Shown here piece by piece: positions 25,969 to 39,214 of a DNA stretch of 64,000 bases. How positions within the stretch are numbered: position 1 is the first letter of the stretch; every line of letters starts with the position of its first letter. The position numbers and the translations under genes are program-made. The stretch spans positions 113,028,001-113,092,000 of the forward strand of contig CM059431.1 of assembly GCA_030390025.1 (NCBI GenBank). Reading direction: 5' to 3'. Under the pieces are notes generated by a model, which saw only the letters and a list, made by a program, of their open reading frames with translations, was not told the origin of the DNA and searched no databases. Source of the DNA: Squalus acanthias. Lineage: Eukaryota.

Positions 25969-26354
25969 ATTAGCACTGTACCTCCTTAAATGAGTGTCCC
26001 TGATTCTGAGGACTGATTAAAGCTGTTTGTAAAACTTATTTCTCAACATTATTATTATTTTTTATCTGATGCATAAATTACATCTTAGCATTCAGCTGGT
26101 GCTGCCATTATGATGCCAGTCACTATAAGTCATTCTCTTCCACTTACCTGTAGTCAAGCCACTGCCTAGTATCTTCCCTGTATCATGGACTGTAGTGGGA
26201 GACATAGCAAACGCATTAAACTTAGATAAAAGTAGATGGTAGGAATGGGACAAAGTAAATTTTCATAATGAAAAATAGTGAATAAAATGTTTTGCTTAAT
26301 TTACCTTGATGTATTAAGAAGTTATCATCAACTTATTTTGATTGATTGTTGCAG

Positions 26355-26405
26355 TTCTACCGATCCTACAAGTAAATCAGGCTTTGGAGAGACATCTCCA
26401 AAAAG
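26355..26405 (+). CDS. SCEL: Sciellin exon (STDPTSKSGFGETSPK)
   Basis: gttgcag| ... AAG|gtgaga, 51 nt, phase 2-2. Confidence 0.78.
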
Positions 26406-26514
26406 GTGAGACCCTACGTGTTAGACACATATATAGGATCAGATATAGTAATATTGTAGATATAGTTAAAGCCAAGAGATTAATTTGTACAAATTTTGGT
26501 TTGGTGAGTCAAAA

Positions 26515-26825
26515 AACCTCCCAAACCCACGACCTCTACCACCTAGAAGGACAAGGGCAGCAGACGCATGGGAACACCACCACCTGCAAGTTCCCCCCCA
26601 AGTCACACACCATCCTGACTTGGAAATATATCGCCGATCCTTCATTGTCGCTGGGTCAAAATCCTGGAACTCCCTCCTTAACAGCACTGCGGGAGTACCT
26701 TCACCTCACGGACTGCAGCGGTTCAAGAAGGCGGCTCACCACCACCTTCTCAAGGGCAATTAGGGATGAGCAATAAATGCCGGCCTTGCCAGCGATGCCC
26801 ACATCCCATGAATGAATAAAAAATA
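26515..26825 (+). mobile_element. 3' end of a second non-LTR retrotransposon family (same as 36066 and 61091)
   Basis: LPNPRPLPPRRTRAA...SKSWNSL...FKKAAHHHLLKGN, with tail cacatcccatgaatgaataaaaaa. Confidence 0.85.
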
Positions 26826-27886
26826 AGCAATAGCTTGTAACTGAGATTATCGAAATAAAGGATGGAAAGTGCTGTAAAACTCAACATTCGAACACACCCA
26901 GACCCAGTAAAGCACTGATCATGCTGGACTGCTTTTACATTACACCAATAAAACACCCAAACTACAGCAGCACAACATCATCCCTCCTCCTCATCTATTC
27001 TCCTACCACCCAGCACAATAGCAGCTTGGCATTTCCATATTTTAACTTGACAGTTTATTTTTACATTTAATCTGTTAGGTTGCCAAGTGATTTTAAGGAG
27101 TCATAGATGTGAAACGCCATTATGCAGTTCAGGTGTCCCGAATTCTCTATAAGTTACATTTATCCCTTGAAATCTGAACTTAATGCACTGACGTCAGAAT
27201 CCCAGTCATTATCAAGAGGGGAGATTTACAGTTATTTGGACCATACTGTAAAGGTCTGAGATTCCACTAGAGGGTGCTGTCTTCTGCACTGTTAGGAGAA
27301 ATGAATTTTAGTGATTTAGTTTTGGAGTCTGGTACATTTTCAACCAAGCTTTCTTGTGCGTAGCATCAGTAGGTTAAATTGTTTGTTTTTCTGCTTTCAT
27401 CACGATTTAAAAGATTTCTTTTGCTGGAATTACTTATCAAACTTGCTCCGTGCAGGCTTTACCATCAATTCCTATCCTCCAGCCACATAAAGCTATCTGA
27501 TGAACTGAGAGAATGTTATTTGATCAGTTATTAAATATAAGAATTTGCAATATGAATAAAGCATTCAAATGAAAGATCAGTCCTATGTTAAAACTGACAT
27601 GTAGCCCACAGATTATTCATTTATCTACAGCTGCCACTTGTAATTATAAATCATTTAATGTCATTGAACTACATTTTACCAACAGAAATGCAAGATTCAG
27701 GGCTGAACATTTGATAAAATGATCTCATACGATTTAAAACTGAATGTATATCATTATTTATACTGTGTATACCAATAGACAACGTCTTTGCAACTAACCT
27801 TTCAGGTTGATTATTTATGATTGAAATCAATAATATTGTTATGAAAACATTACCTGAAAGCTTGCTTCTTTCTGTACCAATTATAG

Positions 27887-27922
27887 GACCTCTCCATACA
27901 AAACAGATGAATTGCCAAAGAT
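27887..27922 (+). CDS. SCEL: Sciellin exon (TSPYKTDELPK)
   Basis: caattatag| ... |gtgagt, 36 nt, phase 2-2. Confidence 0.75.
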
Positions 27923-28083
27923 GTGAGTGCTTGATTCTTACACATAAGCTGAAAGACTTTGCCTCATTTAATGTTAACTTCCTGGAGACCTCATTGATAT
28001 GTAATATTACCAGTTATTATGGCTTAGCTTTACCAATTCGCGTTTCTATTCACTGTGATCACAACAGTAAAATAAAATAGTTT

Positions 28084-28234
28084 ACAATAGCAAAATACTG
28101 CGGATGCTGGAAATCTGAAATAACAGAAAATGCTGGAAACACTCAGCAGAAGGGTTTGATCCGAAACATTGACTCTGTTTCTCTCTCCTCGATGCTGCCT
28201 GACCTGCGGAGTGTTTCCAGCATTTTCTGTTGTT
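28084..28234. mobile_element. Penelope-type hairpin element flanked by a 14-bp direct repeat
   Basis: Inverted arms acagaaaatgctggaaacactc / gagtgtttccagcattttctgt; AAATAAAATAGTTT at 28070-28083 and 28235-28248. Confidence 0.65.
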
Positions 28235-28564
28235 AAATAAAATAGTTTGACTGATCATCTCGATGAGGCACAATAATCTCATCTTGAACCGTGATCTTAT
28301 ATTTAACCCCATAACCTTTCCTAACTCTACCATTCACCGTTCCACATTGATTATTTCACTAAACTCCAGCTGCCGCCAATTGTCATCACTGATTGTTTAA
28401 TTCTTTTGAATCTGTTTGCACTATTCCCTATGTTTGCCCTGCCTCCTACTTTGATATCATCTGCAAACTTGCAGAATTAGCATACGGTACTCTAACCAAG
28501 ATATTAATTTATATATTAAAAATAGCAAGCCAATATTCTCTCCAATGCCATAATTTACTTTTTA

Positions 28565-28868
28565 TAGGAACATAGGGACAGAAGTAGGCCATTCAGCCCC
28601 TCGAGCCTGTTCTGCTATTCAATGAGATCATGGCTGATCTGTACCTCAACTTCATTTACCCGTCTTTGATCCATATCCCTTGATACCCTTACCTAACAAA
28701 AATCTATCGATCTCAAGTGTTCAAAGATTCAATTGACCTAGCATCCACAGCCATTTGGGAGGAGACAGTTCCAGATTTCTACGACACTTTGTGTGAAGAA
28801 GTGCTTCCTGATTTCATACCTGAACGGCCTGGTTCTAATTTTAAGATTATGCCCCCTTTTTCTGGATA
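28565..28868 (-). mobile_element. CR1 3' fragment
   Basis: ggaacatagg...gtaggccattcagcccctcgagcctg; reverse complement resembles 3000-3310. Confidence 0.85.
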
Positions 28869-28998
28869 AAGAAATGTTATTTAATTATTCCTTTCCTTAG
28901 CCATTATTCGCTCGTTTTGAGCTTTGCCAAGCACATTTTGAAAATTGAATTATTTCAATTTTGCAATTGCATTTTCTCTTACTTTATTTTTGTTACAG

Positions 28999-29046
28999 GA
29001 CAATAATTACATCCGAAACAAAAATTGAGAGTCCGACCAATAAGAG
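28999..29046 (+). CDS. SCEL: Sciellin exon (TIITSETKIESPTNK)
   Basis: tttgttacag| ... GAG|gtaagg, 48 nt, phase 2-2. Confidence 0.82.
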
Positions 29047-29436
29047 GTAAGGCCACAACTGTAAGTTTTCACACTGCCCTTCAGTCAGCTGAAGTTGCAG
29101 ATAGCGTGAATTCTATTATATAATTATTCATTGTGGCAGTTAATGGAGCCTATCTCCCAATTCTATTATTTATAGACATAAGTCTAGATGGATGTGATCA
29201 TTTTTTTTTGACTCGCATACCTTTAAAAAAAACTCAAGTCTTGTCAACTCATTCAACCAGTAAATACTGGCACTCTGTTAAATATCTTCCACATATTTTA
29301 AGGTTCATCATGACTTGTGGAATTAACGTTTTTTTGGTCAGGGATTTAGAAGGTTCCTGGCAGTCAAGGCCTACCTAGAACCTGAACGTGTTTTACGCCT
29401 TGTTTCAAAGATAGTTTTGTTTTTCTTCTTTCTTAG

Positions 29437-29496
29437 TCTATTGAGCAGGCCCAGTCCTGATGGTCAAGTAACAACACAGGAAAAATCACCGACAAA
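29437..29496 (+). CDS. SCEL: Sciellin exon (LLSRPSPDGQVTTQEKSPT)
   Basis: ttcttctttcttag| ... |gtaagt, 60 nt, phase 2-2. Confidence 0.82.
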
Positions 29497-30113
29497 GTAA
29501 GTATCAGGTTCTGGATATTTTTTTTTCACAAAACTTTAAATATATTCAAATTTTTGTTGGTATCTGTACTTTTGAACTTGAATTTCTTGTAGTAGTATAA
29601 ATGAAGCTTCGGACATTGTGTAGATGTTTCTGCAGAAAGGGTTTTCTTTATAGTATCGCATTCACACATTGCCATTGTTCCCGAGAGTTGCCATTTTTAG
29701 TGTCCTTGCACTGTTTCTCCAATGTCCCAGAGTAATTAGCCTCTTAAGACATGGGTAATGACACAAGCCCATATCTATCTCATCTCCCCGCTACCTAAAG
29801 TCATGACAGGCTTGGTATGCTCTAAGGTAGCGACTTGTAACATTTAAAATTCCCAAAATATTTCTAGTTCTGGCCCGAGAATTTTTACTGGGCTTCTGGG
29901 CAGAGCTACTAATTCCCTAGACCAGAAGTGTCCAGGCGGTTTGTCTTCATGGAGCACATAGGTGTGTACCACAAAGCCTTGGGGCCCACAGAAGTATAAA
30001 TCCATGTTCCACTAGTTTTCACATATCTCAAAGAGCTAATACTAACAGATCTCAGTGTTTTGATTTAGGATTTATCCCCAAGAGTGCTAAAAACAGCCCT
30101 TTCCAAACCTCTA

Positions 30114-30995
30114 GGGGGAGAAATTCGGTATCGCCCCGTTTGGGGCGCAATTATCGTCCGGATGCCAAGTTTAGCGCCTGGCACTAATTATCGCCTCCGA
30201 CTGCAAATTGGGCTTCTATCGCCCCTAGAGGTGATTGGAGTGCTAAATCAGGCGCTACACACCTCTCTTAAGGTGCTAACGCCGAGGAGCGAGTTGCTAC
30301 CTCAGAGCGCTGGCGAAGCTCATGTGATGTCAGTTAGCAATGGAACACAGACACACTGGCACCAGCCAGTTCTTAAAGTGGAGGGTCGATCTTGCTCTCC
30401 ATCCACACCCTGTTCATTGCAGCCTTGAATCTCGGCCTGGAGAGACCTGTACATCAATTCTGCTGGAAAGAACAATGGAGAGGCCTAGGGAAAGAGCTGA
30501 GAGTGCAGCCCCCATAGTCTTCTAAATCGATGCAAGGAAGGTCAATTCAAAATGAACCTGCAAAGTGCTGCTCAGTACCCAAAACTCCTTCACACAGCGT
30601 TGAATCTCTCCAGAAGTCTCTCTCAGAATGCGTGGTGCAAAAATGTCACTGACAAAAAAAGGCAGGAAGCGGCCTCATTTAAATAGCGCTCCCCCAGTCC
30701 CATCCCGACTGCAAAATGTTCCCCTCTACCTGTCGTTGCTAGCGGCAGGCGGAAAGGCAGGGGGCGCCACCCAATATCCGGTCCGGGGCGCTACCAGGAC
30801 GTTGCACGCTCAACTGACGTCACAATCTGCGGGTGCAGGAGATCGTGGCGGTAGTGTTTAGCGCCGCCGCAAAATGTCTGGTCAATTTCGTGAGTGGTGC
30901 AAACATCGCCGTGCCCGGGCACTAGTTTCTTTGCGCCCCGTTAGTGCCCTCTTAGGGCGCTAATGGGAGGCGCTAATCAACCGAATTTTTCCCCC
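30114..30995. mobile_element. Internally deleted Harbinger-type element / MITE
   Basis: 16-bp TIRs GGGGGAGAAATTCGGT / ACCGAATTTTTCCCCC (1 mismatch), CpG-rich arms, and a possible Myb-gene start MERPRERAESAAP at about 30475. Confidence 0.75.
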
Positions 30996-31510
30996 CATGG
31001 CCCATAAAACACAAACAGGATAAACCAACGAGTAAAAATTATAAGTACAAATAGAACTGAGTTGCCTGGGTTTTGAGGGCTAAATAGCCAGGGCTTGGAC
31101 ACCACACGTTGCCCACAGGACACAGTTTGGACATCCCTAATCTACATTATTTCATAGCCACTTGTCTCTTTCTTTAAGGTCTTTCCATGTCACAAATCAT
31201 TTCTCTGCTAAACAGAGTAGCCAGATGATGTGCTCTCAGACTTCTGATAACTCTGTTACAGGGATGCTTGTGAAAATGACCCAAGGCAGTGTCCCATACC
31301 TCCTTAGGAAACACAAAATAATTTAACCTTCTCTTCCTTGCCACCCTCCCCTTGTAAAAACTACAGTAAATTGGGACGTTCACATTTATTATCAAATTTA
31401 TGTTTGAACTTTTAAATAAACTTTATATAGTTTTAGACATTTTTAATCTGTATTTTTGAATTGAGTTTATCACGTTAAGAAAGTGACGTGAGGATATTTT
31501 CATTTGACAG

Positions 31511-31600
31511 GCCGATTCTGAAATGGGGTAGCCAGAACGATGAAACTTCAGGAAGTGGCAATACGCCAAAGACTTCAACACTGGAGCGATATACTGCAAA
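31511..31600 (+). CDS. SCEL: Sciellin exon (PILKWGSQNDETSGSGNTPKTSTLERYTA)
   Basis: tttgacag| ... |gtaagg, 90 nt, phase 2-2. Confidence 0.8.
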
Positions 31601-31807
31601 GTAAGGAAACTGGAAGCAACTTTAATTCTGCCTTTTAGAAAGAGTTTATTTTATGCTGCTTAATCTAAAGAGTTATTTTTCTTATTCCATGGTTACTGAA
31701 ACAGAGTCTAATGATTTAATAACAGAAAAACAAGATGGTGCTTTATTCAAGCTCAATCAGTGGGGGACAAGCTAGGAAAACAGGAAAATCATACTGACTT
31801 AAAGGAA

Positions 31808-32558
31808 CAGGCAACTGTCTGAGGCTGTTCGCAATCTTGCTGTCATATTTGACCCCAAGATGAACTTCCGACCACATGTCCGCTCCATCACTAAAACCGC
31901 CTATTTCCACCTCCGTAACATCGCCCGTCTCCGCCCTTGCCTCCGCTCATCTGCTGCTGAAACCCTCATCCATGCCATTGTTACCTCCAGACTTGACTAT
32001 TCCAATGCACGCCTAGCCGGCCTCCCACATTCCACCCTCCGTAAACTTGAGGTCATCCAAAACTCTGCTGCTCGTGTCCTAACTCGCACCAAGTCCCGTT
32101 CACCCATCACCCCTGTGCTCGCTGACCTACATTGGCTCCCGGTTAAGCAATGCCTTGATTTTAAAATTCTCATCATTGTTTTCAAATCCCTCCATGGCCT
32201 CGCCCCTCCCTATCTCTGTAATCTCCTCCAGCCCCACAACCCTCCGAGGTATCTGCACTCCTCTAATTCAGGCCTCTTGAGCATCCCCGATTTTAATTGC
32301 TCCACCATTGGTGGCCATGCCTTCAGCAGCCAAGGCATTCAGCTCTGGAATTCCCCCCCTAAACCTCTCTGCCTCGCTACCTCTCTTTCCTCCTTCAAGA
32401 TGCTCCTTAAAACCTACCTCTTTGACCAAGCTTTTGCTCATCTGCCCTGATATCTCCTTATGTGGTTCAGTGTCTAATTTGGTTTGATAACGCTCCTGTG
32501 AAGCTCTTTGGGACATATTACTACGTTAAAGGCACTATATAAATACAAGTTGTTGTTG
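31808..32558 (+). mobile_element. L2 LINE 3' fragment
   Basis: ORF 31860-32450 (AYFHLRNIARLRP...SRLDYSN...QNSAARVL...LHWLPV...WNSPP) with a (ttg)n tail. Confidence 0.93.
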
Positions 32559-34410
32559 TAAAATAATATTCCGGCTTTACCTTTTCCATAGCATTTACTA
32601 TCTTAGATTTCTCTATAGGATCACCTCTCAGATGCTTCTTTCCAGGATGAAGCTACTCTGTAAATTAGAACTTAATTCAATAGGATAGATTTTGTAAATG
32701 TTTGCTCCTGGCATAGAGCCCTCCCCCAGAGAATGCATATCAACGTCTTTCCTTATTATTCAGATCAGCCTTGTGGCTGTTCTCTATGCTGCCTCCAGCA
32801 TTTGAGTGTCTTCCTTGTGCTTCACTGACCAATACTGGGTTCAGTACTCAATGTGTGGTCTGACCAGAGCACTGTGCAGTTTGATTATGACTTCCTCTGA
32901 CGGTTTTGGCTACGTAGTTCAAGATCCCATTGGTTTTGTTATTGCTGCAATGTGTTGTTTCCATACTTTGAGCTGGGTAACCATTGCAAACTACATTCCA
33001 CTATCAAAGACAATGTCCAGTTATTCACGGTCGTATCATTTTAACATTTCAGTTTATCGAATATATGAAATTCTAATCAGCAAGAGGTACAATCAGTCAC
33101 ACAAATAATTGCTACGACTCTCAATATTGAGTTGAGTTAGGAGCTGATGCCAAATGGTGTAAGGTTTGGGTTAAGGCTTCAATCACCTTGCAGATATGGA
33201 TTGTAGTTTTCTGCCATGGTGGTTTGTTAGCACTTGGAGCGAGCTTTCAGAAGAAGATTATTAGGGTATATTTTACAAGTTCAACCTCCTGGTGCATAGC
33301 TTTGCCCACCAGGAACGTATAAACGAGAATCTGGGTGTGGAAGTCCGCAGACCCCTCAGGACTTTTTGTCCATTAATCATAATAGATGGTATATCCCGTG
33401 GGGACCACTGATCCCTGTGCCCGGATTCTGGATATGCACTCTTGGGGGAGGGGCTCTGTGCCAGGAGCACAAATGTATACAATCTACCCTGTTGAGTTAA
33501 GTTCTGATTCACAGAGTATCCTGGCTGCTTTGGTCAGAAAGAACAAAAGAGGTTATTCCTCCTGTCAATAACCTTGGTGAAAAAGTCTCTCCCAATTATA
33601 AAGCGAGATTTCCAGCTTTTCTTAATTTTTTTTTGCTAAAATTATTGATAAAGGAATTTCATCCCTAAGCATTTTGTTCATTGTGACAAGCATGTGAATG
33701 GATTTTAGTCCAAGGCTTTCTGAGCTCTGTACTGTAATCCAACCCAGTCCAATCACCATAGACGCTTCACAGAAATGGAGAACGCAGAGCTGAAAATTTC
33801 CCAGTCTGGCAATGAGCCTTGAAAAGAATGTACTTCGAGATTCTATATGGGTCTCACTTGATCAGAAGGAACAACGCCAGTCTTCCCATTTGTTGTTCTC
33901 ACAATTCCGCCAGAACTATGCTCACCAAGAGAAATGAGATGAATGCTGTCTGGTATATCAAAAATCACAAGAAATGATTTTTCATCTATATTGGCGGTCA
34001 TTTCTACAGACATTTCTTAGATTTCGAGATGTTGAGTATCACTTTTCCAGTTGCTCTGTAGTCAGGTAGATTTAAAAAATTTTTTTAGCCAATCTTCTGC
34101 CCTGTCCTCCTAATGTCATTGACTCTTTACTGGGACATGATTCCAGAGGAGGTGATTGGCCATTATTCATGTGCGGGCCTTAACAGTGAGTGGTAAACCA
34201 CCGAGAGCACCGTAGCTGAGGTCAACCCTGTCCTCGGCAAAAATCCACACTTATGCACTTCCAGCAGGGTCTGCCGAATAGTGATCAGGAACAGGAACTT
34301 CCCTCACTCTTCACTGAGAGCCACTATCCTGACTAAGGCTCTTGTAGGGCTGAGCTACTCATTGGATTAACTCATGGAGTCATCTGATGAACCAGCTAGA
34401 GTAAGACTGA

Positions 34411-34908
34411 TATAGAGTCATAGAGTTATACATCACAGAAAGAGGCCCTTCGGCCCATCGTGTCCGCACCGGCCATCAAGCCCTATCTATTCTAATCCCA
34501 TTTTCCAGCACTTGGTCCGTAGCCTTGCATGCTATGGCGTTTCAAGTGCTCATCTAAATGCTTCTTGAATGTTGTGAGGGTTCCTGCCTCTACCACCCTT
34601 TCAGGCAGTGAGTTCCAGATTCCAACCACCCTCTGGGTGAAAAAGTTTTTCCTCAAATCCCCTCTAAACCTCCTGCCCCTTACCTTGAAACTATGCCCCC
34701 TGGTTATTGACCCCTCTACTAAGGGGAAAAGTTCCTTTCTATCTACCCTATCTATGCCCCTCATACTTTTGTACACCTCAATGAGGTCCCCCCTCAGCCT
34801 TCTCTGCTCTAAGGAAAACAACCCCAGCCTGTCCAGTCTCTCTTCATAGCTGAAGCGCTCCAGCCCAGGTAACATCCTGGTGAATCTCCTCTGCACCCTC
34901 TCCAATGC
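34411..34908 (-). mobile_element. CR1 3' fragment from a different subfamily, with an (atgactct)n tail
   Basis: ORF 34492-34914 reads ERVQRRFTRMLPGLE...GYGPSAGKWD. Confidence 0.92.
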
Positions 34909-35147
34909 AAACATAGACTTGCATTAAGTGTCAGAACTGTAACTATAACCCAATCTGCTCTCCTGTTTAAAGAACACCAACTATGACTGAAGCTGAAACT
35001 CTGATTGATCTGACACCTACTACTGAAGATAAAAGGAAGAGGTAAGGCCTGCAGTCCCATTACTGTGGCTAACATTTTGGTGGTGGGTTATTATCAAGAT
35101 TACACTTGGCAACATTACAAGCTTGCCCAGGCCAGGATTTTGGTGCT

Positions 35148-35858
35148 TTAGAACATAAGAACATAAGAAATAGGAACAGGAGGAGGCCATTTGGCCCCTC
35201 GAGCCTGCTCCGCCATTCAATAAGATCATGGCTGATCTGGTCTTGGCCTCAACTCCACTTTCTGCCCGCTCCCCAGAACCCTTGACTCCCTTATCCCTTA
35301 TCTATCTCCGCCTTAAATATATTCAATGACCCAGCCTCCACAGCTCTCTGGGGTAGAGAATTCCAAAGATTCACGACCTTCTGAGAGAAGAAATTCCTCC
35401 TTCTCTCCGTTTTAAATGGGCGACCCCTTATTCTGAAACTATGCCCCCTAGTTCTAGATTCCCTCGCGAGGGGAAACATCCTCTCTGCATCTACCCTGTC
35501 AAGCCCCCTCAGAATCTTATATGTTTCAATAAGATCACCTCTCATTCTTCTAAACTCCAATGAGTATAGGCCCAACCTGCTGAACCTTTCTTCATAAGAC
35601 AACCCCTTCATCTCAGGAATTAACCTAGTGAACCTTCTCTGAACTGCCTCCAATGCAAGTATATCCCTCCTAAATAAGGAGACCAAAACTGCACGCAGTA
35701 CTCCAGGTGTGGTCTCACCAATGCCCTGTACAGTTGTAGTAAGACTTGCCTACTTTTATACTTCATTCCCCTTGCAATAAAGGCCAACATTCCATTTGCC
35801 TTCCTAATTACTTACTGTACCTGCATGCTAACTTTTTGTGTTTCATGTACAAGGACCC
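35148..35858 (-). mobile_element. CR1 3' fragment
   Basis: ORF 35291-35686 plus an (atgttctt)n tail. Confidence 0.92.
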
Positions 35859-36065
35859 TTAAGTTTATTTTGTAGCTCTCTGAACATACTCCCCTGTAAC
35901 CTGACTTTTAATTTCGATTGCAATACTTGATTAAGCTATCGTCCTGTTGTAGAAAATATTATTTCTTCCACCCTCCAATTTTCTCTCCTCTCCTTAAGGT
36001 GCTTATTATTGATATGTCAGGTTTCCAAAGGCACTGCCCATCCTCTGGTACCTCATCTGAGTGTC

Positions 36066-36330
36066 AGCAGGCGCACGGGAACACCACCACCTCCAAGTTC
36101 CCCTCCAAGTCACACACCGTCCTGACTTGGAAATATATCGCTGTTCCATCATCGTCGCTGGGTCAAAATCCTGGAACTCCCTCCCTAACAGCACTGTGGG
36201 AGTACCTTCACCACACGGACTGCTGCGGTTCAAGAAGGTGGTTCACCACCACCTTCTCAAGGGCAATTAGGGCAATAAATGCTGGTCTTGCCAGAGACGC
36301 CCACATCCCATGAATGAATTTTTTTTTTAA
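36066..36330 (+). mobile_element. 3' end of the second non-LTR family
   Basis: Closely similar to 26560-26825. Confidence 0.85.
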
Positions 36331-36688
36331 ATTCATGTGTAAACAGTATGAGTTGGCAGGCAATTCAGCATAGGGATGTTATTTAAATATAAAAATATAA
36401 GCAATAGAGAAGGCCATTTAGCCCATCTAGTTTACCGAGTTCGTTGGGTCCCTGTTTAGGACACATATCAGTTCTGTTTCAATAGGCAAATAATATAATA
36501 TAATACTACAGAGAAAGAAGAATGTTTATATTCATATGCAATTTAACAAAATCAGTGTTGCCCATCAAATCAGTCTGCAAAACAAACTGGGGTCACTGGG
36601 AACAGTTTAAAATCAAATGTTTAAAATACAATATTGTATGAGTACTGGTTTTATGTGGCCGTAACACAACTTTTTTTTCTGTTTAAAG

Positions 36689-36766
36689 AACATCAGATTT
36701 TACGTCCAAGGTTGGAAGCAAAAGTTTAATTGATCTATCAATCACTCCAGAGAAACCGACTAAAAA
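36689..36766 (+). CDS. SCEL: Sciellin exon (TSDFTSKVGSKSLIDLSITPEKPTK)
   Basis: tttctgtttaaag| ... |gtaagg, 78 nt, phase 2-2. Confidence 0.78.
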
Positions 36767-39061
36767 GTAAGGTCATCACGGTGGTGAACAGGCTGGGATG
36801 CGCCTTTGAACATATTACAGTTGACAGAATTTTACATTTCCCTTGGTTTTTGAAACGTTTTCTTGAGAAATTCCTGAATTCTTAGACATCTCCCATATGA
36901 CCTGCCTTTCTAAATGTTGTTGCAGTATTTTGATGAAACTATCTCCCTGAAGAGAAAAATGCTACTTTATTTTGATTGTCATGATCCTGATCCAGGCTTA
37001 CAGTCAATCATCAAATGTTGGGGCTGAAAGTATACCCACGATGGCCGCCCCCATTCTGCTAAAAGGACAACTTAATCTAATATAAAAGCTGATTAATGAA
37101 TGATTACTCACCACTGGAGTTTTCATTTACATCTCCCTGTTGCTTGAATGTATGTGGAGTCATCGGAAATCCACAGCCGCAGATTTTTGTTGAAAAGTCC
37201 ATGCATCACTCCTGGCATCTCTAAACTAAAATGCGTAAATCAGACGTAAATCTCTTACTCTACTTTTACTTCCCATCCGAGTCATTCTTGGCTGACTCCA
37301 GATCTGTTGCTGTCTCCTGCATGAGAGAACCTTCAGGTAAAGGAATCTTTTTGCAACCAAACTTGGTCTGTAGCTGCACCTAGCAAGTGAGAGCTTTGAT
37401 TAGTGAAGGAAACCTGATTTTATTTTGGTCTCAAATAAAAGCAACTGTACTCTGGGTGCAGGTTGAGTACTCTGCTTGCCACTATACTTCCAATGCTGTC
37501 TTGGAGACATAAATCTGTGCGCAGCCATTGCAAGTACAGTACTCTGCCCATACCTGAAGTGCAGTTGATCTTACTTGAAGCTAGAATAAAAATTGTGCTA
37601 TTCTTTATCTAAGCCCTCATCCTCTAGATGCTGCAAAAACTGAGTTTAACTGTAAAAACATTCTGAAAATTACTGCAGATTTTAGGCAAAATCTTCCAGG
37701 ATTTTGACCCAAATGTTCCCAGATTTCTGAGGGCCACACTTTGTTTCCAGTATACTGTTTATTTATAACAAAGCACTATTGGCTCACTTTCCACGTGGCC
37801 AGTGTTGTAAATGTGCACGCCTGTACGACAATTGCACAGCCTGTGTTATTGATGGTTCTGCACTTGGCGTCAATATCAAAGCTAGCTGCTTCAGCCTAAC
37901 AAATTCACTTTGCGATAGTTGATTTCAAACTGGCCAAACGTATTGATGTCAGAAATTGCTGATAACTTATTACTTTGGTTGAGACTACAGGCTATTTACC
38001 CAGTAATTTGTGCTGGTATTACATGTGTCAAATTATATATTAAAGTAGAACCAAATTATGTTATGGAAACATCCATGTCAAGTAACCTTTAGGCAGAGGA
38101 TGGGTAATTTGCAAATGTTGTATATCAGCATATTGTGGCGATACAGCGGCTTACTCCCCGAATACCTCTACGTAGATTTTGAAGGAAGGAAAAAAGTATC
38201 TGAAATATTTATATATGTTAGTGATGACCCATATGAGTGATGCTGAAATATTGGCTTATATCTTTTGATGTAATAAAAATAACATGTCTATTCCCTTCTG
38301 TTCTCCATCAGATGATGCTATAAGTCTCATTTTGATGTATTATTTTGACTTGACTTGGAAACAGCTTATTAAAAATGCTGGAATGTATAAAATGAAATCT
38401 ATTAACAAAATTATAGACCAAATGGCAATGGAACTGTTTGCCTTCTAACAGTTATCGGGGGAACTCCTTTAATAGTAGAAGGTAAATAAAGTTGGGGGGA
38501 GTCACTTCCATCTTTATAATCCAGGGGATCTATCTGCACTGTGCAACAGCTATGTGTTTATTCTATTGGGTACAGTTGAGGTATGTGGTTGGCCAATTGA
38601 GCTACAATTAGGAACAAAAGTTATTTACATCAAAATATTTTTGAATATTACTGACAGAGAGTGAGAAAAGGTGACAAATGTTGTTCCTGTCAGTGGGTTA
38701 TGCTGAAAAATGCAACCAGATACAGTGCATAAATGTGCGTGGTGATTGAGGCATGGTGTGGGGCTGAATTTTATTGCATATTGCTACCTGTCTAATTCTC
38801 AAATTTTAAGATATTAAACATCTAGGCTGGCACTCCAGTGCAGTACTGAAGAAGTGCTACATGAGATGCTAAACCAGAGGCCCTGTGTTTCGGTGGTTGG
38901 ATGGTGTTGTGGGATTTTTAATGTCAAAGAAGAGAAAGGAATTTTCCTAGTTCCCCAGCCAACATTCCTTTTCCAACCTACACCATCAAAAACAAATGTA
39001 CTGATCATGACTGCCACATTATCCACATAACAACTTGACGTAATTGAGGAGTTCGGATATG

Positions 39062-39208
39062 GAATAACAGATACCCGGGTGTGAGTTAGAGGCTAGAATC
39101 TAATCGAGAGGTTTGGGTGCTTTATTTTTGAATAACAGATGCCTGGGAGTGAGTTACAGGCTGGGATCTAATCAAGGGGTTCGGTTGGAATATATATATA
39201 TATATATA
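39062..39208. repeat. Two tandem units of about 69 bp, followed by (TA)n
   Basis: gaataacagatacccgggtgtgagttagaggctagaatctaatcgagagg versus gaataacagatgcctgggagtgagttacaggctgggatctaatcaagggg. Confidence 0.75.
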
Positions 39209-39214
39209 CACAAT

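Noticed and set aside
26342..26776. 144-aa ORF, and most other 60-110 aa ORFs in the supplied track
   Set aside because: They are chance read-throughs of intron, off-frame exon and repeat sequence, or antisense frames of LINEs.
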